From: Terriglobales bacterium
GTDB lineage: Bacteria; Acidobacteriota; Terriglobia; Terriglobales; Acidobacteriaceae
Assembly (NCBI GenBank): GCA_036521955.1
Contig: DATDGS010000068.1
Span: 118 to 64,117, forward strand
Length of the DNA: 64,000 nt
Direction: 5' to 3'
The translations under genes and the position numbers were made by a program. Positions 55,008 through 64,000 of this stretch are shown here, piece after piece; positions within the stretch are counted from its first letter, which is position 1; each line of letters opens with the position of its first letter. The notes under the pieces are model-generated. The model was given only the letters and a program-made list of their open reading frames with translations, searched no databases and was not told where the DNA came from.

Positions 55008-56132
55008 CTACCTTACTTCGTCGGTAAATGCCCGAGTGCACTCATGCCCATGAACCTCAAAGGTGTCGGCTGGCGTTGTCCCTGCGGGCGACACCTCCGT
55101 GACGCTGATTCGCATGACCAGCGCTCCCTGTTCCCGACTTCCCTTGTGCCTCGAATTCCGCGCGCAACACATACGGTGCGCCGGTTCCGGCCGCCGGAAA
55201 GGCTGAGGTGCCGACCGCGCTCGAAGTAAGTACGTGCGCTCTCGAGGGTCTCAGCCCCCATCGGCCGAATGTCTTAAAAGGTATCGTCACCTGCGACATC
55301 GCCTGACCCGGCACACCGCTCAGCAAAAACGGCTTGAAGCGCATCGCCCCAACTGCTTGTCTTCCCGTCTCATTCACGGCAGAGTTTTCGGAGATAACAC
55401 TCTTCATCTCCATCTCCGTAACTTTTCCTTCGCGGTCAACGACTACGATAGTTGTGACATTTCCTTCGAGGGGACCGTCCTGAACAGGCGGTCAGACCAG
55501 TGGTTCCGTCGGCTGCAGGTTCTTCCTTAGCGAAGTTTCGTCAAGCCACAAGGTCTGCAATGGTTGCGGGTCTCCGCCTTTTGCCGTAGCGTCGAATAAT
55601 CCCGCCTGAACTTCCCCAAGATCTTCTAGCGTCGTTACTTTCGCCGTTACCTGAGGATCTCCCACGTTGACGGTCCGTGCAATCACTCGTCCGTGAAAAC
55701 TCCCATAATCCTTAACCTCTCCACCCCATCCGAAACCTGCATAAAGCAGCAGTCCGGTGCTCTCCTGCAAAGCGACCGAGGATCTCAAGATGTTCTTTGC
55801 ATCCGCAGTCCCGCTGGCAGTCGTCCAGTTAATGTGCGTCACCGGCCCTATGCGTCGCACTTCCGCCGTTTTCACTCGATCGAGAACTTGATCGAGCTGC
55901 GACACCGGCTTGATCAACTCGACAGCAATCTCACGCAGCCACTCCGGAAAGTAGTCGCCTTCGTTCTTTTGCCAATCGTGGGCACCATCCACGATCTCGA
56001 TCTGGTGAAACTCCGGCGATCGTACTTTCGTTCCACGGCTTTCCTGACGTTTTTGGCTAGGTCTTCGGCACGGACAACTGTCGTCCCCACCACCATCGCT
56101 ACAAACGCCGCGATCTGCCATTGCGCCCGCAT
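55008..56132 (-). pseudogene. exported TonB_C-like-domain protein gene with a frameshift, an in-frame TGA and a probable 3' frame change
   Basis: Signal peptide MRAQWQIAAFVAMVVGTTVVRAED (ATG 56132) is out of frame with the body ..VRSPEFHQIEIVDGAHDWQ.. (shift near 56025). A TGA at 55492-55494 lies in the same frame as the continuation PPVQDGPLEGNVTTIVVVDREGKVTEMEMKSVIS... A protein-like tail ..GALVMRISVTEVSPAGTTPADTFEVHGHECTRAFTDEVR* sits in a third frame. Confidence 0.55.
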
Positions 56133-56222
56133 ATGCAAGACTGTATATCAAGGGACAGGAAGAACGACAGCTGTCCAACCCCGCCGCCGTGGTTTATCCT
56201 TACCTTTCTTCGAGGACCAACC

Positions 56223-59200
56223 GTGAACAAGCGCTTCGTCTGGATTCTGCTCGCCTCCCTCTGTATTTTGCTTTTCCCCTTCGCGCTTTCCGCCCAGCCG
56301 TATGACCGGGCGATGTACCAGGAACTTCACTGGCGCATGATTGGCCCATTCCGCGGCGGCCGCACGGTGGCGATTTCCGGCGTTCCGGGCCAGCCCAATA
56401 TTTTTTACATGGCGCCAAACAACGGCGGAGTCTGGAAGACGACGGACTTCGGCCACACCTGGAATCCAATCTTCGATGACCAGCCGACTGGTTCCATCGG
56501 AGCGCTGGCCGTGGCGCCGTCAAATCCGAACACGATTTACGTCGGCAGTGGTGAAGGCCTGCGTCGGCCCGATCTTTCGGTAGGCGACGGTATCTACAAA
56601 TCGACCGACGCCGGCCGCACTTGGCAGCATCTCGGCCTCCGCGACGCCCAACAAATAGCATCCATCATCGTCGATCCCAAGGATCCCAATCGCCTCTTTG
56701 TCGCGGCCCAAGGACATCCTTACGGCCCCAACGCCGAGCGCGGCCTCTTCCGTTCACTCGACGGCGGTCAGACCTTCCAAAAGGTTCTCTACAAAGACGA
56801 AAACGTCGGAGGCATGGACCTCGTCTTCGATCCCCGCAACTCGCAGGTAATCTTCGCCAGCATGTGGGCCTCGCGCCGTCCGCCTTGGACCACGGGCGGC
56901 GGCTACACCGGACCGGGCAGCGGACTTTACAAATCAAGCGACGGCGGAAACAACTGGCGGCAACTCACCCGAGGATTGCCCGGTGAAGCCGAAGGCATTG
57001 GTCGCATCGGACCGGCCGTTTCCCCCAGCGATCCCGACCGCATGTATGCATGGGTGAATGCGAAGAAGACGAGCGGCATCTACCGCTCCGACGACGCTGG
57101 CGAAAGCTGGCAGCAGGTCAATGCTGAGGAACGCATCTATGGACGAGGCGACGACTTCGGCTGCGTGCGCGTAGATCCGCGAAAGAAGGATGTCATCTAC
57201 GTAGCCAACACTTCGACTTACCGGTCGACCGATGCCGGCAAGAACTTCGCCGCCATCAAGGGCGCGCCTGGAGGCGACGACTACCACACCATCTGGATCA
57301 ATCCCGAAGTTCCCGACATTATCGCCATCGCTCTCGATCAGGGTGCGACCATCAGCGTGAATGGTGGGCAGACCTGGAGTTCCTGGTACAACCAGCCCAC
57401 CGCGCAGTTTTATCACGTCATCACCGACAACGAGTTTCCGTACTGGGTCTATGGCGGACAGCAGGAAAGCGGTTCGGTCGGCATCGCCAGCCGCAGCGAC
57501 TTCGGCGAAATCACGTTTCGCGACTGGACAACCGTCGGCGTAGAAGAATACGGCTACGTTGCGCCCGATCCGCTGCATCCCAATCTCATCTATGGCGGCA
57601 AAGCTACGGTGTTCGACCGAAATACGGGACAGACGCGCGACCTTTCACCTGTGGTTCTGCGCACCGGTCAGTATCGCTTCAATCGCACCGCACCGCTGAT
57701 TTTCTCATCTGCGGATCCGCATGTGCTCTATCTGGGATCGAACGTGCTGTTTGCCACGCTCGACGGCGGCAACAGTTGGCAAGTGATCAGCCCCGATCTG
57801 ACGCGTGAAGATCCCGGCGTTCCCGCGACTCTCGGCCCGTTTGTCGCCGCCGATCCGGCGAAGGGCAAGCATCGCGGCGTGATCTATTCCATTGCTCCGT
57901 CGCCGAAAGATGCCAACCTGATCTGGGCTGGCACCGACGATGGGCTGATTCACGTGACTCGCGATGGCGGCAAGAACTGGCAAAACGTGACGCCTCCCGA
58001 ACTGACTCCGTGGAGCAAACTGGCGCAGATGGATGCATCACGTTTCGATACCTCAACGGTCTACGCGGCGGTGAACCGCTTCCGCCTCGACGACCTGCAT
58101 CCTTATATCTATCGCACGCACGATGGCGGAAAATCATGGCAGAAGATCGTCAACGGCTTGCCCGAGAACGAGCCCGTCAACACCGTGCGCGAAGATCCTG
58201 AGCGCAAGGGGTTGCTTTTTGCCGGAACCGAACGCACCGTGTATCAGTCGTGGGACGATGGCGACCATTGGCAGTCGCTCCAGATGAATCTTCCACCGAC
58301 GTCGATTCGCGATCTGGTCATTCATCACGACGATGTTGTCGTCGGAACTCACGGCCGGTCGTTTTGGATCCTGGATAACATCACTCCACTGCGCCAGTTC
58401 AACGCAGAGCTCGCTGTCGCACCCGCGCATCTATTCGCGCCCCAAGTGACCTATCGCGTCCGCCGCAACAACAACACTGATACGCCTTTGCCCCCCGAAG
58501 AACCGGCGGGGCAGAATCCTCCGGATGGCGCGATGATTGACTATTGGCTGAGCCCAAGGCTGGGGATGGGAAGCTCCTTGATGAAAACTGCCGTCACTCT
58601 GGAAATTGTCGATGCCGCGGGAAAAATTGTGCGCCATTTCTCCAGCGACGACAAGCCCGAGCCGGTCAACCCGAAAGAACTGAATGTTCCCATGTACTGG
58701 GTGCGTCCGGCGCGAACCTTATCGGCCGCACCGGGCATGCATCGTTTTGTTTGGGACTTGCACTATCCCGAGCCAGACGTTCTCAGCCACGATTACCCAA
58801 TCTCAGCCATCTACCATGACACGCCGCGATATCCGCTCGGCGCGGCCGTGTTGCCCGGACAGTACAAAATAATGCTCTCCATCGGCGGTGAAAGCTATAC
58901 GCAGACCCTCGATGTGAAAATGGATCCCCGCGTGAAAACCTCGCCCGAAGATCTGCGCCTTCATTTCGAACTCGACCAGAAAATTGCCGACGCTCTTCAC
59001 CAGGACTACGAAGCCCTGCAACAATTGCGCAGCTTGCGAGCCCAGTTGAAATCGCTCTCTGCTCACGTGGCGGTTGCAAAAGCTGCCGCCGAGCTGGCAG
59101 CAAAAGCCGCGTCCATCGAGGGCGAAGAAGGAGGATACGGCACGCGCTACCTGAGCACTCCGGAAGGCCGCAGCCTGTCTCGACTGAATAGCGGCCTCGG

Positions 59201-59453
59201 CGCAGTCGTCAGCGCTCTCGATACCGCTGACGCCGCTCCAACGACCCAGCAGGTAGCGATGTTCGCAGAACTGGATAAAGCCCTCGTAGAACAGTTGTCA
59301 GCATGGGCCCAACTCAAGTCCAAAGATATTCCGGCGTTGAACGAAGAGCTGAAAAAAGCGGGACAGCCGCCGATCGATCTGCAAAAGCCAGTCCCAGGCG
59401 CAGCCGATGCAGCGCAGACAACTTCGCAGGACCGCGATCAGAACGAGGAATAA
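56223..59453 (+). CDS. large exported BNR/Asp-box repeat protein (sortilin/VPS10-like glycosidase-like)
   Basis: GTG at 56223. Signal peptide VNKRFVWILLASLCILLFPFALSA. At least 10 Asp-box motifs (TTDFGHTW, STDAGRTW, SSDGGNNW, TLDGGNSW, TRDGGKNW, THDGGKSW ...). Confidence 0.85.
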   Translation: MNKRFVWILLASLCILLFPFALSAQPYDRAMYQELHWRMIGPFRGGRTVAISGVPGQPNIFYMAPNNGGVWKTTDFGHTWNPIFDDQPTGSIGALAVAPSNPNTIYVGSGEGLRRPDLSVGDGIYKSTDAGRTWQHLGLRDAQQIASIIVDPKDPNRLFVAAQGHPYGPNAERGLFRSLDGGQTFQKVLYKDENVGGMDLVFDPRNSQVIFASMWASRRPPWTTGGGYTGPGSGLYKSSDGGNNWRQLTRGLPGEAEGIGRIGPAVSPSDPDRMYAWVNAKKTSGIYRSDDAGESWQQVNAEERIYGRGDDFGCVRVDPRKKDVIYVANTSTYRSTDAGKNFAAIKGAPGGDDYHTIWINPEVPDIIAIALDQGATISVNGGQTWSSWYNQPTAQFYHVITDNEFPYWVYGGQQESGSVGIASRSDFGEITFRDWTTVGVEEYGYVAPDPLHPNLIYGGKATVFDRNTGQTRDLSPVVLRTGQYRFNRTAPLIFSSADPHVLYLGSNVLFATLDGGNSWQVISPDLTREDPGVPATLGPFVAADPAKGKHRGVIYSIAPSPKDANLIWAGTDDGLIHVTRDGGKNWQNVTPPELTPWSKLAQMDASRFDTSTVYAAVNRFRLDDLHPYIYRTHDGGKSWQKIVNGLPENEPVNTVREDPERKGLLFAGTERTVYQSWDDGDHWQSLQMNLPPTSIRDLVIHHDDVVVGTHGRSFWILDNITPLRQFNAELAVAPAHLFAPQVTYRVRRNNNTDTPLPPEEPAGQNPPDGAMIDYWLSPRLGMGSSLMKTAVTLEIVDAAGKIVRHFSSDDKPEPVNPKELNVPMYWVRPARTLSAAPGMHRFVWDLHYPEPDVLSHDYPISAIYHDTPRYPLGAAVLPGQYKIMLSIGGESYTQTLDVKMDPRVKTSPEDLRLHFELDQKIADALHQDYEALQQLRSLRAQLKSLSAHVAVAKAAAELAAKAASIEGEEGGYGTRYLSTPEGRSLSRLNSGLGAVVSALDTADAAPTTQQVAMFAELDKALVEQLSAWAQLKSKDIPALNEELKKAGQPPIDLQKPVPGAADAAQTTSQDRDQNEE

Positions 59454-59541
59454 GTCGGTTGTGTAGCGCCAGCGCCCTCGCCTGCGAAACGCCGACGCCA
59501 AAGAAGAGTGGCTCCGGTGTATGTTCTATCTTCAATGAGCA

Positions 59542-60897
59542 CTACCGAAACTCTCGCCGCACAAACTCCATCGCGGCCTCACGCGACGTGAGTCGTCCTT
59601 CCAGTTGGGCGTCTTCGACCGCTGTCAGCATTTCTTTGAAGCGTGGGCCGGGCTCATAACCTGCGTCGATCAGATCGCGGCCGGTAATTAACGGAGTGGG
59701 GCGGATCGCCTCGGGAGGCATCGACTGCAACTGCTCGCGCGAAAAATCATAGGCGTCGAGTAGGCCGTGGCTGGACAGACAGTCGAGACGATGCAGTTCC
59801 AGGTGCTCGTCGAAGGCAAGCAGGCGAAGAAACCTTTTCAGCGTGGATTGCTTCATTCTTCGCACGTCGGCGAAGCGCATGTGATTGTCTACCAGCGCCA
59901 GAATCTGATCGGTCTCGTCGTTCGAGAAGCGCAGACGACGGCAGATTTCCGCGCCCATCCTTACTCCGACGTCGACGTGGCCATCGAAGCGGATGCGGTC
60001 GGGCGCTCTGCGGAATGTCGGCGGTTTGCCCACATCGTGCAGCAGCGCTCCCCATGCGAGCGTCTTTGAGGCGCCTGGCGGCAGCCTGTCCAGCAGCAGC
60101 AACGTGTGTACAAACACATCGCCTTCGGGATGGTATTCGGGCGACTGCTCCACTCCCTTCATGGCGGCGATTTCGGGCAGGACTTCGGGCAAGAGGAGGG
60201 TGGCATCCAGCAGTTCAAAAGCTCGGCGGGCTCGACCTTCGGTTAGCATCTTGGTCAGTTCGTCGCGTACGCGCTCGCATGAGACCTGGTGAATTTGCGG
60301 CGCCAACTCTTGGATCGCCGCCATGGTTGCGGGGTCGATCTGGTAATCGAAACGCGCGGCGAAACGCACGGCTCGGAGCATGCGGAGTTTGTCTTCCGCG
60401 AAACGGCGTTCGGGATCGCCTATGGCGCGGATGATTCCCGCTTTCAGATCTTCGCGGCCGCCGACGAAATCCAGAATCTCGTTCGTGGCCGGATCGAGCA
60501 GCATGCCATTGATGGTGAAGTCGCGGCGCTGCGCGTCTTCTCGGGGGTCTTTGGTGAAACGAACCTCGTCTGGATGTCGGCCGTCGGAGTAGCCCACGTC
60601 GGAACGGAAAGTGGCTACTTCGACGGTGGCGGCGCTGCGCTCGTCTTGACGGGCGAGGGCGCCCGTGGCTCCACTGGATTCTGGCACCAGCACTACTCCG
60701 AACTGCTCGCCTACGGCGTAAGTCTCGGGGAAGATTTGCATTACCTGCTGGGGAGTCGCGTCGGTGGCCACGTCATAGTCGGCGGGCTCGCGGCGGAGAA
60801 GAAGATCGCGGACGCACCCTCCGGCGAAATAGGCCTGGTGTCCGCGTTTGTGGAGGGTGCCAACGATTTCGGCGGCGTTTCTCTTAAAGTCTGGCAA
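59542..60897 (-). CDS. cca: CCA tRNA nucleotidyltransferase
   Basis: Head domain ..YFAGGCVRDLLL..DYDVAT; HD region ALLHDVGKP. Confidence 0.9.
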   Translation of the reverse strand: MPDFKRNAAEIVGTLHKRGHQAYFAGGCVRDLLLRREPADYDVATDATPQQVMQIFPETYAVGEQFGVVLVPESSGATGALARQDERSAATVEVATFRSDVGYSDGRHPDEVRFTKDPREDAQRRDFTINGMLLDPATNEILDFVGGREDLKAGIIRAIGDPERRFAEDKLRMLRAVRFAARFDYQIDPATMAAIQELAPQIHQVSCERVRDELTKMLTEGRARRAFELLDATLLLPEVLPEIAAMKGVEQSPEYHPEGDVFVHTLLLLDRLPPGASKTLAWGALLHDVGKPPTFRRAPDRIRFDGHVDVGVRMGAEICRRLRFSNDETDQILALVDNHMRFADVRRMKQSTLKRFLRLLAFDEHLELHRLDCLSSHGLLDAYDFSREQLQSMPPEAIRPTPLITGRDLIDAGYEPGPRFKEMLTAVEDAQLEGRLTSREAAMEFVRREFR

Positions 60898-60956
60898 GGG
60901 TGGGACCTCAGTCAGTTAGACTAGCAGTTGCGCAATGTGCGCGACGACGCAGACAG

Positions 60957-60996
60957 AAATCTTTACCACAGGGAACACAGCGAACACAGAGGAGAG
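60957..60996 (-). repeat. dispersed repeat family A copy (the only inverted copy)
   Basis: The reverse complement reads CTCCTCTGTGTTCGCTGTGTTCCCTGTGGTAAAGATTT. Confidence 0.8.
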
Positions 60997-61035
60997 CCGT
61001 TCCGGATTTGTTGATAGTCGGTTGAAGAAAAAATT

Positions 61036-61078
61036 CTCTGCGTTTCCCTGTTGCCTCTGCGCTCCCGGTGGTTAAAGA
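61036..61078 (+). repeat. dispersed repeat family A copy (diverged)
   Basis: TCTCTGCGTTTCCCTGTTGCCTCTGCGCTCCCGGTGGTTAAAG. Confidence 0.65.
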
Positions 61079-61108
61079 TTTTGCCCGTGATGACAATTTC
61101 GCCCCATT

Positions 61109-62275
61109 ATGCCTGACGCGCACATCCTCGGCATCGAAAGCTCCTGTGATGAGACGGGTGCGGCGGTGGTGCGCTCTGGGCAGGAGATTTTGTCGAACGT
61201 GGTGGCTTCGCAGATTGCTACGCACCAGCCTTACGGCGGAGTGGTTCCGGAACTCGCATCGCGCGAGCATTTACGGGCCATAGTTCCGGTGGTGCGGCAG
61301 GCGCTGGTCGACGCGGGACAGACTTATCGGTCCGTCGATGCCATTGCGGTCACGCAGGGGCCGGGACTGGCGGGCGCTCTGCTGGTTGGCATCAGCTTTG
61401 CCAAGGCGCTGGCCTTTGCGCTGGATAAGCCGCTGATCGCCGTCAACCATCTTGAGGGGCACATCCATGCCGTGTTGCTTGAGCAGCGGCTCGAAGAAAA
61501 TGGCGTGCTTCATTTTCCGGTGCTGGCGCTGGTGGTCTCGGGCGGGCACACACATCTTTATCTAGCGCAGATGCGGGAGAATCTCTGGACGTACCGGAAC
61601 ATCGGTCATACTCGCGACGATGCTGCTGGAGAAGCGTTTGATAAAGTCGCGAAGCTTCTGGGACTGGGGTATCCGGGAGGACCGATCATCGATCGGCTGG
61701 CACCGCATGGCGATCCGCTGGCGGTGAAATTTCAGACTTCGCAGATCAAGCATCCGGACCGGCGCGATCGCAAGCAGGGCGACCATGAAGGAGTGGCACG
61801 AGAAGAGGATGGGCCGCGTTTTGATTTTTCCTACAGTGGAATCAAGACGGCGGTATTGCGTTACGTCGAGACCGAGAAGGTGAAACCGGAGAATGAGGTG
61901 CGGCGCCGGGCGCTCGCGGACATCGACAAGCCGAAGCCGGAAGACTATCTCCGGCTCTCGGACCGGAAAATTCTCAACCTGGTAGCTTCTTTTCAGCGCT
62001 CCATGGTCAGCGATCTGGTCATGAAGACGCTGGCGGCGGCACGCGAGTATGAGGTTCGAACTCTCTTTGTAAGCGGCGGTGTGGCCGCCAACCGGGAATT
62101 GCGGGCGACGTTTGAGCGGGAGGCGGGGATGCAGGGGCTTCCTGTTTTCTTTCCGTCGCGCGCGCTTTCGACCGACAATGCGGCTATGATCGCCGCCGCG
62201 GCGTTTCCGAAGTTTCTGCGGGGGAAATTTGTGGCGATGGATTTTTCCGCCGAGGCGGGAATGGCGCTGCGCTAG
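61109..62275 (+). CDS. tsaD: tRNA N6-adenosine threonylcarbamoyltransferase
   Basis: ILGIESSCDETGAAV and NHLEGHI. Contains an insertion of about 25 aa (..HPDRRDRKQGDHEGVAREEDG..). Confidence 0.95.
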   Translation: MPDAHILGIESSCDETGAAVVRSGQEILSNVVASQIATHQPYGGVVPELASREHLRAIVPVVRQALVDAGQTYRSVDAIAVTQGPGLAGALLVGISFAKALAFALDKPLIAVNHLEGHIHAVLLEQRLEENGVLHFPVLALVVSGGHTHLYLAQMRENLWTYRNIGHTRDDAAGEAFDKVAKLLGLGYPGGPIIDRLAPHGDPLAVKFQTSQIKHPDRRDRKQGDHEGVAREEDGPRFDFSYSGIKTAVLRYVETEKVKPENEVRRRALADIDKPKPEDYLRLSDRKILNLVASFQRSMVSDLVMKTLAAAREYEVRTLFVSGGVAANRELRATFEREAGMQGLPVFFPSRALSTDNAAMIAAAAFPKFLRGKFVAMDFSAEAGMALR

Positions 62276-62446
62276 CGGACGATGGCGAAGATGCCCGGCC
62301 AGCGCCTAAAGGCGCATTCATAAGCGGACTCACGCGGCCCTGAAGGACCGCTCTTCCACGCTGCTTGACGGATTCGTGGTGCTCTACCCATTCGTGGTGC
62401 TCCCGCGCTTTGCCCTGGTATTGAATTGAAACATTTCCCAGCTACA

Positions 62447-63148
62447 ATGGTTCGCGTGAAACCTACGATCTACGTAGTGGAAGACGATCCGGATATTTCC
62501 CGCCTGGTTCGCCATCATCTGGAAGGGGCCAGCTTCAACGTGCGGCTGTACTCGACGGGCAATCTGGTGGTGGTCGATGCCGAACGCCAGCGTCCGGCGC
62601 TGTTTCTGCTGGACATCATGGTGCCGGGAAAAGACGGTCTGGAACTTTGCCGACAGATACGGCAATCCATTTCGCTGGCGCCGGTGCCGGTGATTTTCCT
62701 GACCGCCAAGAGTAGCGAAGCGGATCGCGTCCTGGGGTTGGAATTGGGCGCCGACGATTACATCCCGAAGCCTTTCAGCCCGCGCGAACTGGTGGCCCGG
62801 GTCAAGGCAGTCTTGCGTCGTTTTGAGCGGCCTCTGCCGCCATTGCCAACCAAAATTGAAGAAATCCACATTGATCCGGGCGCGATGACGCTGACGGTTC
62901 GCGGGAAACAGGTCCCGACCACGGCGACAGAATTCCGTCTGCTCGACCACTTCATGCGGCACGCGGGACGCGTTTTCACGCGCGACCAGTTGCTCGACTC
63001 GGTGTGGCGCGATACAGCGTACGTCACGCCGCGGTCGGTGGACGTTTATGTGCGACGTATCCGTGAAAAAATTGAGCCGGATCCAGAGAACCCGCGTCAC
63101 TTGAAGACGGTGCGAGGTGCGGGCTACCGCTTTGAGGTCGCACGTTGA
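62447..63148 (+). CDS. OmpR/PhoB-family response regulator
   Basis: IYVVEDDPDI..FLLDIMVPGKDGLELC. Winged helix ..LKTVRGAGYRF. Confidence 0.9.
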   Translation: MVRVKPTIYVVEDDPDISRLVRHHLEGASFNVRLYSTGNLVVVDAERQRPALFLLDIMVPGKDGLELCRQIRQSISLAPVPVIFLTAKSSEADRVLGLELGADDYIPKPFSPRELVARVKAVLRRFERPLPPLPTKIEEIHIDPGAMTLTVRGKQVPTTATEFRLLDHFMRHAGRVFTRDQLLDSVWRDTAYVTPRSVDVYVRRIREKIEPDPENPRHLKTVRGAGYRFEVAR

Positions 63149-64000
63149 GAAGTCGCATCTTCGTCAAGTTGATGTTTGTCTTCCTGCTGGTGATTGGGGC
63201 AACCGCGATCACGCTGCAACTGACCGTGCGCGAGGTCTGGGAGCGCACGCTGCACGAGCAGATCGAGCGCAATCTCAAACAGAAAACCCTGATGTTTGCG
63301 CATCGCGTGGAGACGGACCGGGAGCACTCCCTGGCCGACGTCACTGCCCAGGAAGGCCAAGCGGCGGAAGCCCGGGCCACCGTCATTGATCCCACCGGCA
63401 AGGTGCTGGCCGATTCGGAAGCCGATCCCAGCACCATGGAAAATCATGCGCATCGCCCGGAGTTCGCTTCCGCCCTCGCCGGCCAAATTGGCGTGGATGA
63501 ACGCAAGAGCCAAGCGGTGAATGTTCCTTTCGTGTATGTGGCGGCGCCGGTTTCTGGAGGAGCGGTGCGCCTGGCGTATCCGCTGCCCGAGATCGAAATT
63601 ACGGATCGTCCGCTGGGCAAAGCTCTGTTCTGGGGATCGCTCAGCGCCTTTTTTTTCGCGATGTTGGTGGCGGCGGTTGCTTCGCAATATGTGGGACGGC
63701 GTCTGCAGCGGATCGTGGAGTTTGCCGAGCGCGTAGCGAGCGGCGATTTGACGGCCAGAATCGCCTCCACTGCCACCGACGAGATCGGGCAAGTGGCGTC
63801 AGCACTCGATAAGACGACGCGGCGCGTGGAAGAAAGCTACGCCCGCGTTCAAACCAGCCAGCGCGAACTGGAAACTCTTCTCAACAGCATGCAGGACGCC
63901 GTGATTGCAGTCGATGTCGACGGGCGCGTCCAGTGGGCCAATCGCGGCATGAACCGGTTGCTGCTTCGTGCTCCCCGACTGAATGCGCCGCTGATCGACA
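63145..64000 (+). CDS. sensor histidine kinase, N-terminal part (runs off the window)
   Basis: TTG at 63145 overlaps the regulator stop (GTTGA). TM, periplasmic segment, second TM, HAMP (..RRLQRIVEFAERVASGDLTARI..DEIGQVASALD), then the start of a PAS-like region. Open to the window end. Confidence 0.8.
   Translation, partial: MRSRIFVKLMFVFLLVIGATAITLQLTVREVWERTLHEQIERNLKQKTLMFAHRVETDREHSLADVTAQEGQAAEARATVIDPTGKVLADSEADPSTMENHAHRPEFASALAGQIGVDERKSQAVNVPFVYVAAPVSGGAVRLAYPLPEIEITDRPLGKALFWGSLSAFFFAMLVAAVASQYVGRRLQRIVEFAERVASGDLTARIASTATDEIGQVASALDKTTRRVEESYARVQTSQRELETLLNSMQDAVIAVDVDGRVQWANRGMNRLLLRAPRLNAPLID

Noticed and set aside
55492-55494. In-frame TGA as a selenocysteine codon
   Set aside because: There is no Cys/redox motif context and only a weak 5-bp stem (GACCG/CGGTC) nearby. 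The same gene carries additional frameshifts, so a nonsense mutation in a pseudogene is more likely.
27345-61078. CRISPR array among the repeated sequences
   Set aside because: No set of direct repeats of 24 nt or more with regularly sized unique spacers exists. The repeats are either 8-17-bp tandem units or dispersed single copies kilobases apart, and no cas genes are present.

Overview
GC-rich bacterial chromosomal segment. By inference only, it fits an Acidobacteriota-like diderm. No database search was run; all functional calls rest on motifs read by eye from the supplied translations and the nucleotide sequence. Most of the window is housekeeping: gltB-gltD with a divergent LysR regulator, hemE-hemH-hemY, a leuA-like gene with leuB, dnaK-dnaJ with an HspR-type MerR regulator, ffh, polA, dTDP-rhamnose genes rfbC/A/B and rfbD, cca and tsaD. 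Between these lie transporters, signalling proteins (an HD-GYP response regulator, a PilZ-TM-TonB_C fusion, an OmpR-type regulator plus a partial kinase) and uncharacterised genes. I recognised no rRNA, tRNA or CRISPR array. Five points stand out. (1) At least four families of short dispersed intergenic repeats occur, almost all in the same absolute orientation. (2) Several accessory genes look decayed (frameshifts, an in-frame TGA, a 5'-truncated IS110-type transposase), while very long housekeeping genes are intact. (3) The window opens with a six-gene co-directional cluster that I cannot assign to a known system: two translationally coupled paralogous small membrane proteins, a Cys-containing probably exported protein, a signal-less PLC-type phosphoesterase, a basic protein and an outer-membrane barrel. 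(4) Five ATTGA-containing octamers at exact 8-bp spacing fill the spacer between the HD-GYP regulator and a GT2 glycosyltransferase. (5) The heat-shock locus has no grpE; a tiny orphan ORF sits in the grpE position. None of these is demonstrated to be a new system; they are ranked as leads.
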